Made by a program: the position numbers and the translations under genes
Notes under the pieces: model-generated
Database searches by the model: none
Seen by the model: only the letters and a program-made list of their open reading frames with translations
Told to the model about the DNA's origin: nothing
Source of the DNA: Proteobacteria bacterium UBA6156
GTDB taxonomy: Bacteria > Pseudomonadota > Alphaproteobacteria > UBA2136 > UBA6156
Assembly: GCA_002422365.1 (NCBI GenBank)
Contig: DIUO01000031.1
Coordinates: 11,263 to 75,262, forward strand
Reading direction: 5' to 3'
DNA: 64,000 nucleotides
In this document: one piece after another, positions 8,420 through 16,570 of the stretch
Layout of the letters: every line of letters starts with the position of its first letter
Numbering within the stretch: position 1 is the first letter of the stretch

Positions 8420-8965
8420 ATGATGCGGACGGTGAGTTTTGATGGGGCGGGGGTGCAGGTGCTGACGCTGGTTTATGGTCGGGATGAGCAGGGGCGTGTG
8501 TTGATGCTGGAGCGGGGGGCGCATAAGACATTTTTGCCCGGATGGTTTGTGGGCGTTGGGGGGAAGGTTGAGGCTGGTGAGAATGTGTTTGATGCCGCTG
8601 CGCGGGAATTTGAGGAAGAAACAGGGTTGCGGGCGGTGGGTTTGAGCCTGCGCGGGAGTTACACCTTTATGACTGAGACGGCGGACAACCGTTGTGGGGT
8701 GATTTATTTGTTTGAGTGTGCGGTGGAAGGTGATTTTGTGGCCGAGGTAGCCGACGGCACGCTGCATTGGTTGACGGTGGCGGAATTGTTGGCGCATGAC
8801 AAGGTGATGCCTGACCACAAGGTGTGGATGGGGCAGATTTTTACGAACAGCACCCATTTTGCGTGTGTGGGGAGTTGGAAGCCGCCGGTGGAGGGGACGC
8901 TGAATGTGGGGGAGGAGTGGGCGGATAGCCGGGGGTATTTTGAGGGGTTAGAAGTTAGAGGTTAG
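8420..8965 (+). CDS. NUDIX hydrolase
   Basis: Nudix box GGKVEAGENVFDAAAREFEEETGL. ATG 8420 chosen because the ORF-track start 8372 lies inside the heptamer array and terminator. The last codons and the stop are encoded by the GTTAGAR array. Confidence 0.8.
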   Translation: MMRTVSFDGAGVQVLTLVYGRDEQGRVLMLERGAHKTFLPGWFVGVGGKVEAGENVFDAAAREFEEETGLRAVGLSLRGSYTFMTETADNRCGVIYLFECAVEGDFVAEVADGTLHWLTVAELLAHDKVMPDHKVWMGQIFTNSTHFACVGSWKPPVEGTLNVGEEWADSRGYFEGLEVRG

Positions 8966-8981
8966 AGGTTAGAAGTTAGAT
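8947..8981 (+). repeat. heptamer tandem array GTTAGAA-GTTAGAG-GTTAGAG-GTTAGAA-GTTAGAT
   Basis: Five units. The NUDIX stop TAG 8963-8965 lies inside unit 3, and the last residues ...LEVRG are encoded by the repeat. Confidence 0.95.
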
Positions 8982-9012
8982 TGGGTATGTGGGTTGGAGA
9001 GGTTTGTGGGGG

Positions 9013-9255
9013 ATTTACGGGACGTGCTGGGGAGGGGTGAAGGTGGTGCCTGGTCGGAGGTTTGCTCAAAAAATAAGATTTTTTGGCAAACCTTACCGCA
9101 AGGCACGGTGGGGCAATTATTGCTTGGGAAATGTTGAGTGGGCTTTGGGTGGGAAGGTTGGATGTGTTCGTGCTTGGATTTTCCGGATCCCGGATACGGG
9201 CGGGGGCCCCACATTTGTTCCAAATTTGACCCCGCCGCGTTCCGGGAATCGGTGC
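9013..9255 (+). repeat. long mosaic repeat element, copy II (carries a nested hairpin)
   Basis: Starts ATTTACGGGACGTGCTGGGGAGGGGTGAAGGTGGTGCC. Hairpin 9188-9247 (…GGCGGGGGCCCCACATTTGTTCCAAATTTGACCCCGCC…). Ends TTCCGGGAATCGGTGC. Confidence 0.85.
9046..9106 (+). repeat. short structured hairpin nested inside long element II
   Basis: GTGCC[TGGTCGGAGGTTTGCTCAAAAAATAAGATTTTTTGGCAAACCTTACCGCAA]GGCAC. The bracketed 51 nt (9051-9101) are absent from the homologous site in copy I, which reads GTGCCGGCAC (1488-1497). Confidence 0.8.
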
Positions 9256-9282
9256 TTTGATTAAGGGGGTGTTTTGAGGATT

Positions 9283-9789
9283 ATGGGGAGATTGGAGCGG
9301 GCGTTTTTTGAGCGGGATGTTGTTGAGGTGGCGCGGGCGTTGCTGGGGTGCTTGCTGGTGCATGAAGTGGCGGGTGTGCGGCGGGTGGGGCGGATTGTGG
9401 AGACCGAAGCGTATTTGGCGGAAGGGGATGCGGCGGCGCATGTGGCTTATGGCAAGAAGGCTTCGGTGCGGGCTTTGGAGGCTGGGCCGGGGACGTTGTA
9501 TGTTCACCCCATGAGGCAATATGTGGGCATGGACATTGTGGCGCGCGGCGGGAGTGTGCTGGTGCGGGGGCTTGAGGTTGTGGAAGGCATGGTGGGCCCA
9601 CTGGATGGGCCGGGGAAGTTGACGCGAGCATTGGGGGTGACGCGCGACTATGATGGTGTGGATGTGGTGACGGCTGGCCGGATTTGGGTTGAGGCTGGGG
9701 AGGTGATGGGCGAGATTGGGGTGGGGCCGCGGGTTGGGATTACGCGGGATGTGGGGTTGGAATTGCGGTTTCGGGTTTTGAGGGGTTAG
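9283..9789 (+). CDS. mpg: DNA-3-methyladenine glycosylase (Mpg/AAG family)
   Basis: N-terminus RLERAFFERDVVEVARALLGCLLVHE and the ~168-aa size are typical of the Mpg family. ATG 9283 lies within ORF 9274..9789. Confidence 0.75.
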   Translation: MGRLERAFFERDVVEVARALLGCLLVHEVAGVRRVGRIVETEAYLAEGDAAAHVAYGKKASVRALEAGPGTLYVHPMRQYVGMDIVARGGSVLVRGLEVVEGMVGPLDGPGKLTRALGVTRDYDGVDVVTAGRIWVEAGEVMGEIGVGPRVGITRDVGLELRFRVLRG

Positions 9790-9798
9790 AGGTTAGAT
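9785..9798 (+). repeat. heptamer pair GTTAGAG-GTTAGAT
   Basis: Contains the mpg stop (TAG 9787-9789) and, on the complement, the TAA stop (9786-9788) of the convergent gene. Confidence 0.7.
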
Positions 9799-10868
9799 TG
9801 GGGGTGGGGGCTTGGCTGCGGAGCCGTGTGGAGAAGTTCGGGGTAGTATTTTTCGAGGAGATTTATATTGGTCCATAACACTTGCCAGCCCTGTAGCATT
9901 TTATGGATAGGCTCCAAATTGGTGAGATTGATGTTGAAGCGTGCAGTTGGCAGATAGTCGATTATGGTTGTTGGGACAAAAACAAACATATTGTTGTCTT
10001 GAATGATCAGTTCCATGGTCGGAAGGTCGTTGAAAGAGCCGTTGCACTCGAGCAGATCATGTAAAAACTCTGGTTTAAGGAGTTTGTGGGCTTCATGAAC
10101 TTCGTGCCGTGTGTAAGCATTAAAAGTATTTTCAGTCTTCTCGCAGGGTAGCGGAAGGGCATTCCACTTTTTATTGGTTAGCTTAGATTGTTCGAAGGTG
10201 AGAAGTAATGATGTGGGGGCTGAATGAAGGAGTTTGATATGAATGCAAATACCATCGAATAAATTGATGAGATCGGGGTAATTGCTAAAAATTGATGATT
10301 TGGCGTATTTGAGTTCTAGAATGTGAACCTCGAACGGGGTTGCGCCGATGAAACCATATGCGGTGAGAGGATTATGGAGAACAGATATGTCCTCTTTAAA
10401 TATCTTTTTGAAAAGCTTAATGCTTACGTTGCCGGGACTTTTATAAGGTATCGCCAATTGGTTGAATACAGAGGGGATGACTACGTTGAAATACCTTTTG
10501 GAAATGCGAGTTGCGAAGAATAAATAGGGTGAGGTGACTAAAAATGCGATAAGCGAAACAACTAATTTTCTGCTACGGCGTTTCGCTACGATTTGGGAAA
10601 AGAATTTACCAAGGGGTGTTAAGACGGGTGATAGCAAAGTTAAGATGCCGAACTTGCCTGCCAATGTGTAACCCACGCCCCAAAATGGTATGCTGATGAT
10701 TGCTACGATGTAGCCTATTACAACCCTTTTAAACGTGATGGAACGGCTGACTTCAAGGACCTTAAGTTGGGATTTGAGCTGCTTAAGACGTTCGGCAGAC
10801 CATTGCAGTTCTTCTAGGGGAAGTCCCTTTTCGTATATTTCCTCCGAGGGCGAGGAAATTACCGGCAT
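9786..10868 (-). CDS. membrane protein, DUF3137-like (tentative), AT-rich
   Basis: ORF 9786..11021. Realistic starts are ATG 10868 (7 nt after the coxIII stop) or ATG 10886 (overlapping it). N-terminal coiled segment, then hydrophobic helices (VVIGYIVAIISIPFWGV, LVVSLIAFLVTSPYLFF). FNAYTRHEVHEAHKLLKPEFLHDLLE resembles the DUF3137 pattern recalled from memory. Much lower GC than its neighbours. Confidence 0.5.
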   Translation of the reverse strand: MPVISSPSEEIYEKGLPLEELQWSAERLKQLKSQLKVLEVSRSITFKRVVIGYIVAIISIPFWGVGYTLAGKFGILTLLSPVLTPLGKFFSQIVAKRRSRKLVVSLIAFLVTSPYLFFATRISKRYFNVVIPSVFNQLAIPYKSPGNVSIKLFKKIFKEDISVLHNPLTAYGFIGATPFEVHILELKYAKSSIFSNYPDLINLFDGICIHIKLLHSAPTSLLLTFEQSKLTNKKWNALPLPCEKTENTFNAYTRHEVHEAHKLLKPEFLHDLLECNGSFNDLPTMELIIQDNNMFVFVPTTIIDYLPTARFNINLTNLEPIHKMLQGWQVLWTNINLLEKYYPELLHTAPQPSPHPQSNL

Positions 10869-10875
10869 TTTGGCT

Positions 10876-11664
10876 TTAGAGGACATAGATGAAGAGGAAG
10901 AGGCCGATCCAGACGACGTCGACGAAGTGCCAGTACCAGGCGGCGGCTTCGAAGTAGAAGTGGTTGTGGCGGGAGAAGTCTTTTTTAGCCAGACGGTAGT
11001 GCACGAACATGAGCATGACACTGCCCAGCAGCACGTGGAAGCCGTGGAAGCCCGTGAGCATATAGAAGATGGTGCCGTAGGCGCCGCTGCTGATGCTGTA
11101 GCCCGCGTGTTGGTACTCCAGCATTTGGCAAAACAGGAAAATGACGCCGAGTTGCCAGGTGAGGAAGGTGTAGAACGTGGCCTGAGCCCGGCGGCTGTGC
11201 AGCAAGGCGTGGTGGGCCAGCGTGACCGTGACGCCTGAGGTGAGCAAGAGCAGCGTGTTGATGACGGGCAGGTGGATGGGGAGGAGTTCTATCCCCACCG
11301 GTGGCCAGACGGGGGCGTGCATGCGCATGTAAAAATAGGCGGCGAAGAAGGCGGCGAAGAACATGACTTCGGACGCGATGAAGAAGATCATGCCGTAGCG
11401 ATTGGCGAGGTCTAGCACCAGGGGCACCGCGCCGGGGGCGTAGCCGCGTTGGCGGGATTCTTTGATCAGCATGAAAAACCAGGCCATGGCGCCCGCCATG
11501 AGTAACCCAAGACCCGCCACCAGGGTGAGCTGGCCGTAGAGGGCGGGTTGGATGTGGAGCATCATGACCACGCCAAAAGCGACTAAGCCGCCGCCCAGGC
11601 AGGAGAGGGGCGGCCAGATGGAGGGGGCGGGGATGTGGAAGTCGTGGTCGGCGTGGTGGGACAT
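10876..11664 (-). CDS. ctaE: cytochrome c oxidase subunit III
   Basis: 262 aa. Seven-TM pattern with HGFHVLLG, FEAAAWYWHFVDVVW and the HHADHDFH N-terminus, typical of subunit 3. Confidence 0.9.
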   Translation of the reverse strand: MSHHADHDFHIPAPSIWPPLSCLGGGLVAFGVVMMLHIQPALYGQLTLVAGLGLLMAGAMAWFFMLIKESRQRGYAPGAVPLVLDLANRYGMIFFIASEVMFFAAFFAAYFYMRMHAPVWPPVGIELLPIHLPVINTLLLLTSGVTVTLAHHALLHSRRAQATFYTFLTWQLGVIFLFCQMLEYQHAGYSISSGAYGTIFYMLTGFHGFHVLLGSVMLMFVHYRLAKKDFSRHNHFYFEAAAWYWHFVDVVWIGLFLFIYVL

Positions 11665-11674
11665 GGGGGTGCTT

Positions 11675-11716
11675 GTGTTTGGTGTTTAGTGTTTGGTGTT
11701 TTGGTGTTTAGTTTTG
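11675..11716 (+). repeat. heptamer tandem array GTGTTTG/A (about 6 units, partly degenerate)
   Basis: GTGTTTG GTGTTTA GTGTTTG GTGTTTT GGTGTTTA GTTTTGG. Lies between the coxIII start (11664) and the stop of the upstream - strand ORF (complement of 11708-11710). Confidence 0.85.
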
Positions 11717-12046
11717 GGGGGGGTGGACGAGGGAGGGGTCGTCGTATTCCGGCAGGCGGAGGCCTTTGTAGTCGTATTGGATGCGGGTGCCGAATTCGCG
11801 GACGTAGTCTGTCCCCCGCGTGTGGCCGGGGCCGCCGAGGTAGGTGATGAGGATAAAGAAGTAAACCAGCGCGCCGCCGATGCCGATGATGAGCATCTTC
11901 ATGAACACGGCGTAGGTTTGGGTGTAGTCGGCGTGCAAAGCGGCTTTGTTGTAGTGCAGTTTTTCGTGCAATTTTTCTGGTGCGTGCACGGCGGCGGGAG
12001 CCTTGGCGGCAGGTTTTTTACTGCTGGACTTGGTAGGTTGCGCCAT
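11708..12046 (-). CDS. single-pass membrane protein, unknown function
   Basis: ATG 12046 follows a strong AAGGAGG. K/A-rich N-terminus, one TM (FMKMLIIGIGGALVYFFILITYL). The stop TAA lies inside the heptamer array 11675-11716. Directly upstream of coxIII. Confidence 0.5.
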   Translation of the reverse strand: MAQPTKSSSKKPAAKAPAAVHAPEKLHEKLHYNKAALHADYTQTYAVFMKMLIIGIGGALVYFFILITYLGGPGHTRGTDYVREFGTRIQYDYKGLRLPEYDDPSLVHPPQN

Positions 12047-12167
12047 AGGAGCCTCCTTGCGGGATTGCGGGTTGATGGTGCGCATAACGCCAGATAAACA
12101 CGCTGGCCGCAAGGCTGAGGGCAAAGACCAGCAGCGCTATGGCAAGAGCGATGTTGCGGCGGCGCAT
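12018..12167 (-). CDS. possible small membrane protein (49 aa)
   Basis: Hand-translated MRRRNIALAIALLVFALSLAASVFIWRYAHHQPAIPQGGSYGATYQVQQ*. Positive N-terminus plus one TM. Overlaps the next gene's start by 29 nt. Below the ORF-track length cutoff. Confidence 0.25.
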   Translation of the reverse strand: MRRRNIALAIALLVFALSLAASVFIWRYAHHQPAIPQGGSYGATYQVQQ

Positions 12168-12215
12168 CGGGTGGGGGTTTTTAGCTTTGGTCATGAAGGG
12201 AAATTAGCATGGGAA

Positions 12216-12243
12216 GTGAACAGTGAACAGTGCACAGTGAACA
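12216..12243 (+). repeat. heptamer tandem array GTGAACA-GTGAACA-GTGCACA-GTGAACA
   Basis: In the divergent spacer between the - strand small ORFs/cox cluster and prfB. Not adjacent to a stop codon. Confidence 0.9.
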
Positions 12244-12313
12244 GGGGGATGATGTTTGCGGTGGGGGGGGATTTCTGGTAGGTTTTGCGCCATTGTTAAT
12301 AAAGGACACAGTT

Positions 12314-13427
12314 ATGCAGCCGGACATACGGGATTTGGTGGGACAGATAGAGCAGGGGTTGGCCTTGCTCGGGAGGAGCCTTTGACCTGCCGGTAGCAAG
12401 GGCACGGATTAATGAACTTGATGTAATGGCCCAGGATGCAAGCCTGTGGGCCGATGCCAACCGCGCCAAAACCGTGATGCAGGAAAAGCGCAAGTTGGAG
12501 GTTCAGGTTGGCACGTATGACGACATTAAACGGCGGCTGGATGATGCCCTGGCGCTGATGGAGCTGGGGGAAGAAGGCAAAGATGCCGCCCTGGTGGCTG
12601 AGGGTGAGGCTGAATTGCAGAGCTTGGTGGTGGATTCTAAGAAACTGGAGACCCAGTGCCTGTTGGGTGGTAAAATGGACGGCAACAACGCCTACCTTGA
12701 AGTGCACGCCGGGGCCGGCGGCACCGAAAGTTGTGACTGGGCGGGGATGCTGCTGCGGATGTATATGCGCTGGGCCGAGCGGCAAGGTTTTAAGGTGAGC
12801 ATGGTGGATGAAACTCCTGGTGAGCAAGCCGGTGTGAAAAGCGCCACGATTATGATTGAAGGCACCTTTGCTTATGGGTTGGCGAAGACGGAGACGGGGG
12901 TGCATCGGTTAGTGCGCATTAGCCCCTTTGACAGCAATGACCGCCGCCACACCAGCTTTGCCAGCGTGTTTGTGTACCCCGAGGTGGACAACACGATTGA
13001 AATTGAAATTGATATGAGCAAAGTGCGGGTGGACACGTTTAGGAGCAGCGGGGCGGGGGGGCAGCATGTAAACACCACCGACAGCGCGATTAGGATGACC
13101 CACCTGCCCAGCGGCATTGTGGTGGCCTGCCAGCAAGACCGCAGCCAACACCGCAACCGCGATATTGCCCTGCAAATGCTGAAGGCAAGGTTGTATGAAC
13201 TGGAGTTAAGCAAGCAAGACGCCGAACGCGACGCCGTGGAAGCCACCAAAACCGACAACAGCTGGGGGCACCAGATACGCAGCTATGTGTTGCAACCCTA
13301 CCAGATGGTAAAAGATTTACGCACCGGAGAGGAAACGAGTAATACCGCTGCGGTGTTAGATGGTGATATTGATGGCTTTATACAGGCGGCGCTTGCTGCC
13401 AAGGTTGGGAATACCCGGCAGGCTTAA
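12314..13427 (+). CDS. prfB: peptide chain release factor 2 (programmed +1 frameshift)
   Basis: Frame 1 runs ATG 12314 to CTT 12380-12382 then TGA 12383-12385 (MQPDIRDLVGQIEQGLALLGRSL*). After a +1 shift, reading continues from GAC 12384 into ORF 12426..13427. GGQ motif SGAGGQHVNTTDSA. Confidence 0.95.
12371..12386 (+). promoter_or_regulatory. prfB: prfB +1 ribosomal frameshift site (SD-like GGGAGG + CTT TGA C)
   Basis: GGGAGG at 12371-12376 is followed by the slippery CTT-TGA-C at 12380-12386, matching the classical RF2 autoregulatory site. Confidence 0.9.
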
Positions 13428-13462
13428 CGGGTGTTGCCGAATTTGTTGAACCGATAAGGAAC

Positions 13463-16400
13463 GTGCACCAGGTGGTTTGGAAGCGCAGGGCAGTGGTGTG
13501 GGGCGGCTTGAGCGGCGGCACGCTGGCTGTGCTGGTGCTGGCCGTTGTGGCGCTGTTTGTGTGGGCGGCCAAGGAATATACGCGGGTTCACCCGCTGGAT
13601 TTGACTGCCCGCTTGCCGCAGGTGCAGGCGTATTTGTTGCCCCAAGGCATTGCTTTGCAGGCTGAAAAGGCGGAGTTGTTTTTTGATGACGGGCCAGTGC
13701 TGCGGATAAGCGGATTGGGAGTGAGCGGGCCGGATGGCAGTCTGGGCGTGTTTGTGGAAAATATTGCTGTTAAGTTTGCAACGACTCAGCTGCTGGCGCT
13801 GAAGCTGGCACCCAAAGACATAACTGCGCAAGGCGCGACGCTGCGTGTGGTGCGGGAGGCCGACGGCATGAGTGTGGCCGGGTTTGAATTTGAAAATAAC
13901 GGCGGCAAGCGGCCCCCCGGTGTGGTGAATTGGTTGAACAGCTTAGGCTGGGGCGATGCCTGGGGCCGCCTGAAAAAAGTGCAAGTGACAAACCTGAACC
14001 TGCTGGTGCGCGACGACGTGCAGAACGCCGAATGGGTGCTGGAAAATGGCAGGATGGCAATGAGCCGCTACCCGGATGATGGCGAAAAAGGGACGGTGAG
14101 CGCCTTTGTGCGGCGGCTTTATGGCGACGATGATGCCACCAAAACGTTGGACAATGTGCCGGTGCTGGTGAGGTTTGAGCACGGCGCGCGCGCGCCCTAC
14201 ATGGTGCTGCAAGGCCGCCTTGACCATGCCGATGCGCGGATGGTGACGGATTATTTTCCGCCCCAGTTTAAGGATTTGCTGCAAGCCCAGGGGCAAGTGG
14301 AAATTGGTACACGCTTGCTGGAGGATAATAAGCTGGAGCGGCCTTGGGTGTCGCTTGGCCTGACCGATGTGAAGGTGCAGCCGGGGAAGGCTTATGGGGC
14401 TCCGTTGGATTTTAAAAAGCTGGATGTGACCGCAAGTTATGTGCCGCCCGTGGCCGGAGTGAGCGGGACTGATGTGCTGCTGGTGAGGGATTTGCGGTTG
14501 GTGACGGGGCGGGGGGCTTTGGTGGCGGCTTCTGGCACCCTAACCGGATTGCAGGGCGGGCCGATGCTGGTGGATGTGAGTTTGGTGAGCCCGGAAGGTG
14601 ATGTGCAGGGGGTGTTTGATTTCTTCCCCGACCAAATGCGTGGCTTTGCCAAGGCGTTGGAATGGTTGCGGCCGCATATTATGGGGGGCGAGTATGCCAA
14701 CCTGGTGGCGCGCTACCGGGGTGACCCCCACGAGCTGCCGCATTGTGCCGATGCCTGCGGTGTGCTGGAGGTGGATGCGGCGTTTACGGGGGGGAAAGTG
14801 CGGTATTTGGACCCGATGGCCCCAGCTGAAATGCCCGAAGGCCGCATGCAATGGCGCGGCCAAACGCTGGAAATTACCGCGCCGGAAGGGCGCATTGGGA
14901 CGCAGGTGGCGCGCGATGTGGTGTTCAGGTTGAGCCATATATTTGATGTGGTGCCGACGGAGATTTTTGTGAGCAGCAAGCTGCAAGGGCCTGCCGCCGA
15001 GGTGATGGCTGAGCTAAGCAAGCTGGACGGGTTGGCGGATGATTTGCCGCGGGGCCTTGGCGGCACGCAGCGCAGTGCCTTTGCGGTAACCGTGCCGCTG
15101 GGACGGGGCCAGCCGACGACCTTTGCCAGCAGCACCGTGCTGGTGAGCGGGACGGTGGACGATGTGAGTTTGCGGGGGTATGCGCCGTTGCAGGGGCTCG
15201 ATTTTACGGGCGATAAGGCGGAGTTTACGCTGGATGCCGCCAAGCGCCTGCGTGTGGTGACGCAAGGGCAGCTGGATGGGCTGCCGATGGCGGTGGACTG
15301 GAGTATGGGTATTCAGCCCCATGAGCCCAGCCTGATGGCGCTGCGGGCCGAAGGCCGAGTGGCCGGGAGCTGGCTGGTGCAAAGGGCCGACACCGAGGCC
15401 CTGGATGTGGATGGCCCGGTGGGGGTAACGCTGGAGGCGCGGCAGCGGGCCGACAAGACATGGGAATTTGATGCCCAAGCCGATGGGCGTGGGGCGGTGG
15501 CGATGATACCTGCCGTGGGCTACGCCAAGCCCCTGGGCAAGCCGCTGGATGTGGCCGTGAAAGGAACATTGAGTGAAGGGCGAGTGCCCGATGTGGCCAG
15601 CCTGGATGTGAAAGGGGAGGGCATTAGCCTGCAAGGCAGCGGCGGGCCCGGCCGCCTGAACGTGCCCAATGTGGTGCTGGGGCGTAGCCGCCTGAGCCTG
15701 ACGCTGGCGGATGAGGTGCTGGTGCTGAAGGGGGCGGTGTTGGATCTTTCTGGCTTGGATGTGTTGCAGCGGGAGGGCGGGGCGGAGCCTTTGGTGGAGA
15801 ATTTGCGAATAAAGGCGGACATTGACCGTGTGCTGGTGAAAAACGGCACGCTGGACGGGATGAGTGCGGTGATTTTGCTGAAAAACGGTGACTGGGCCGT
15901 GCAAAAGCTGAACGCCACTGTGGAGGGTACGCCCGTGGCCCTGGAGCGCAAGCCGCTGCCCGGCCAGCCTGACCGCAGCCGCATGACGGTGGCGGTGGCG
16001 GATTTGGGGCGGACGCTGAAAGCGCTGGGGGTTTATCATTCTCTGGAAGGGGGGCGTTTGCAGGGGGAGATGAATTATGACAGCCCGACCGTGGGTGGGG
16101 GTGTGGTGCGGATTGAGGAGTTTACGTTGGATAACCCTTCGCTTTTGGTGCAGATATTGAGTTTGTTGAGCTTGGAGCAGTTGCTTTCTGGCAGCAGCAG
16201 CACGATGTTTAAGCAGGCGACGCTGCCGCTGCGGGTGGATGGGCCAGTGTGGTATTTGGACAATGCCAGCCTGGAAGGGCCGAGCATGGATATGCGCCTG
16301 ACCGGCACCTATGACCAACAGCAGCATATGCTGAACATTGATGGGAAGTTGGCGCCGGGGATTCCGCTTAACCGTTTGGTGAGCAAGATACCGTTGCTGG

Positions 16401-16570
16401 GCACGCTGCTGACCGGTAGCCAGGATGGTGTGGTGGTGGCGGACTTTAAGATTAAGGGTAGCACCGCCGACCCACAGGTGAACGTGCGCCCGCTGAGTGT
16501 GATTACGCCGGGCCTGGTGAAGGACATTTGGCGCGGGATTACGGAAAGCCCGGCGGAGGGTGCACGATGA
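13463..16570 (+). CDS. large envelope protein, AsmA/DUF3971-like (tentative)
   Basis: 1035 aa starting at GTG. N-terminal TM (LAVLVLAVVALFVWAA) and a long beta-rich body without catalytic motifs. C-terminal ...LLGTLLTGSQDGVVVADFKIKGSTADPQVNV resembles AsmA-like C-termini. Stop overlaps the next start (ATGA). Confidence 0.6.
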   Translation: MHQVVWKRRAVVWGGLSGGTLAVLVLAVVALFVWAAKEYTRVHPLDLTARLPQVQAYLLPQGIALQAEKAELFFDDGPVLRISGLGVSGPDGSLGVFVENIAVKFATTQLLALKLAPKDITAQGATLRVVREADGMSVAGFEFENNGGKRPPGVVNWLNSLGWGDAWGRLKKVQVTNLNLLVRDDVQNAEWVLENGRMAMSRYPDDGEKGTVSAFVRRLYGDDDATKTLDNVPVLVRFEHGARAPYMVLQGRLDHADARMVTDYFPPQFKDLLQAQGQVEIGTRLLEDNKLERPWVSLGLTDVKVQPGKAYGAPLDFKKLDVTASYVPPVAGVSGTDVLLVRDLRLVTGRGALVAASGTLTGLQGGPMLVDVSLVSPEGDVQGVFDFFPDQMRGFAKALEWLRPHIMGGEYANLVARYRGDPHELPHCADACGVLEVDAAFTGGKVRYLDPMAPAEMPEGRMQWRGQTLEITAPEGRIGTQVARDVVFRLSHIFDVVPTEIFVSSKLQGPAAEVMAELSKLDGLADDLPRGLGGTQRSAFAVTVPLGRGQPTTFASSTVLVSGTVDDVSLRGYAPLQGLDFTGDKAEFTLDAAKRLRVVTQGQLDGLPMAVDWSMGIQPHEPSLMALRAEGRVAGSWLVQRADTEALDVDGPVGVTLEARQRADKTWEFDAQADGRGAVAMIPAVGYAKPLGKPLDVAVKGTLSEGRVPDVASLDVKGEGISLQGSGGPGRLNVPNVVLGRSRLSLTLADEVLVLKGAVLDLSGLDVLQREGGAEPLVENLRIKADIDRVLVKNGTLDGMSAVILLKNGDWAVQKLNATVEGTPVALERKPLPGQPDRSRMTVAVADLGRTLKALGVYHSLEGGRLQGEMNYDSPTVGGGVVRIEEFTLDNPSLLVQILSLLSLEQLLSGSSSTMFKQATLPLRVDGPVWYLDNASLEGPSMDMRLTGTYDQQQHMLNIDGKLAPGIPLNRLVSKIPLLGTLLTGSQDGVVVADFKIKGSTADPQVNVRPLSVITPGLVKDIWRGITESPAEGAR

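Noticed and set aside
8947-8981. Whether GTTAGAG/GTTAGAA units and the structured hairpins could be integron attC sites (core GTTRRRY).
   Set aside because: The last base is G or A rather than Y in most units. There is no inverse core or R''/L''-L'/R' organisation around cassettes, no intI integrase and no promoterless cassette array. The flanking genes are core housekeeping genes.
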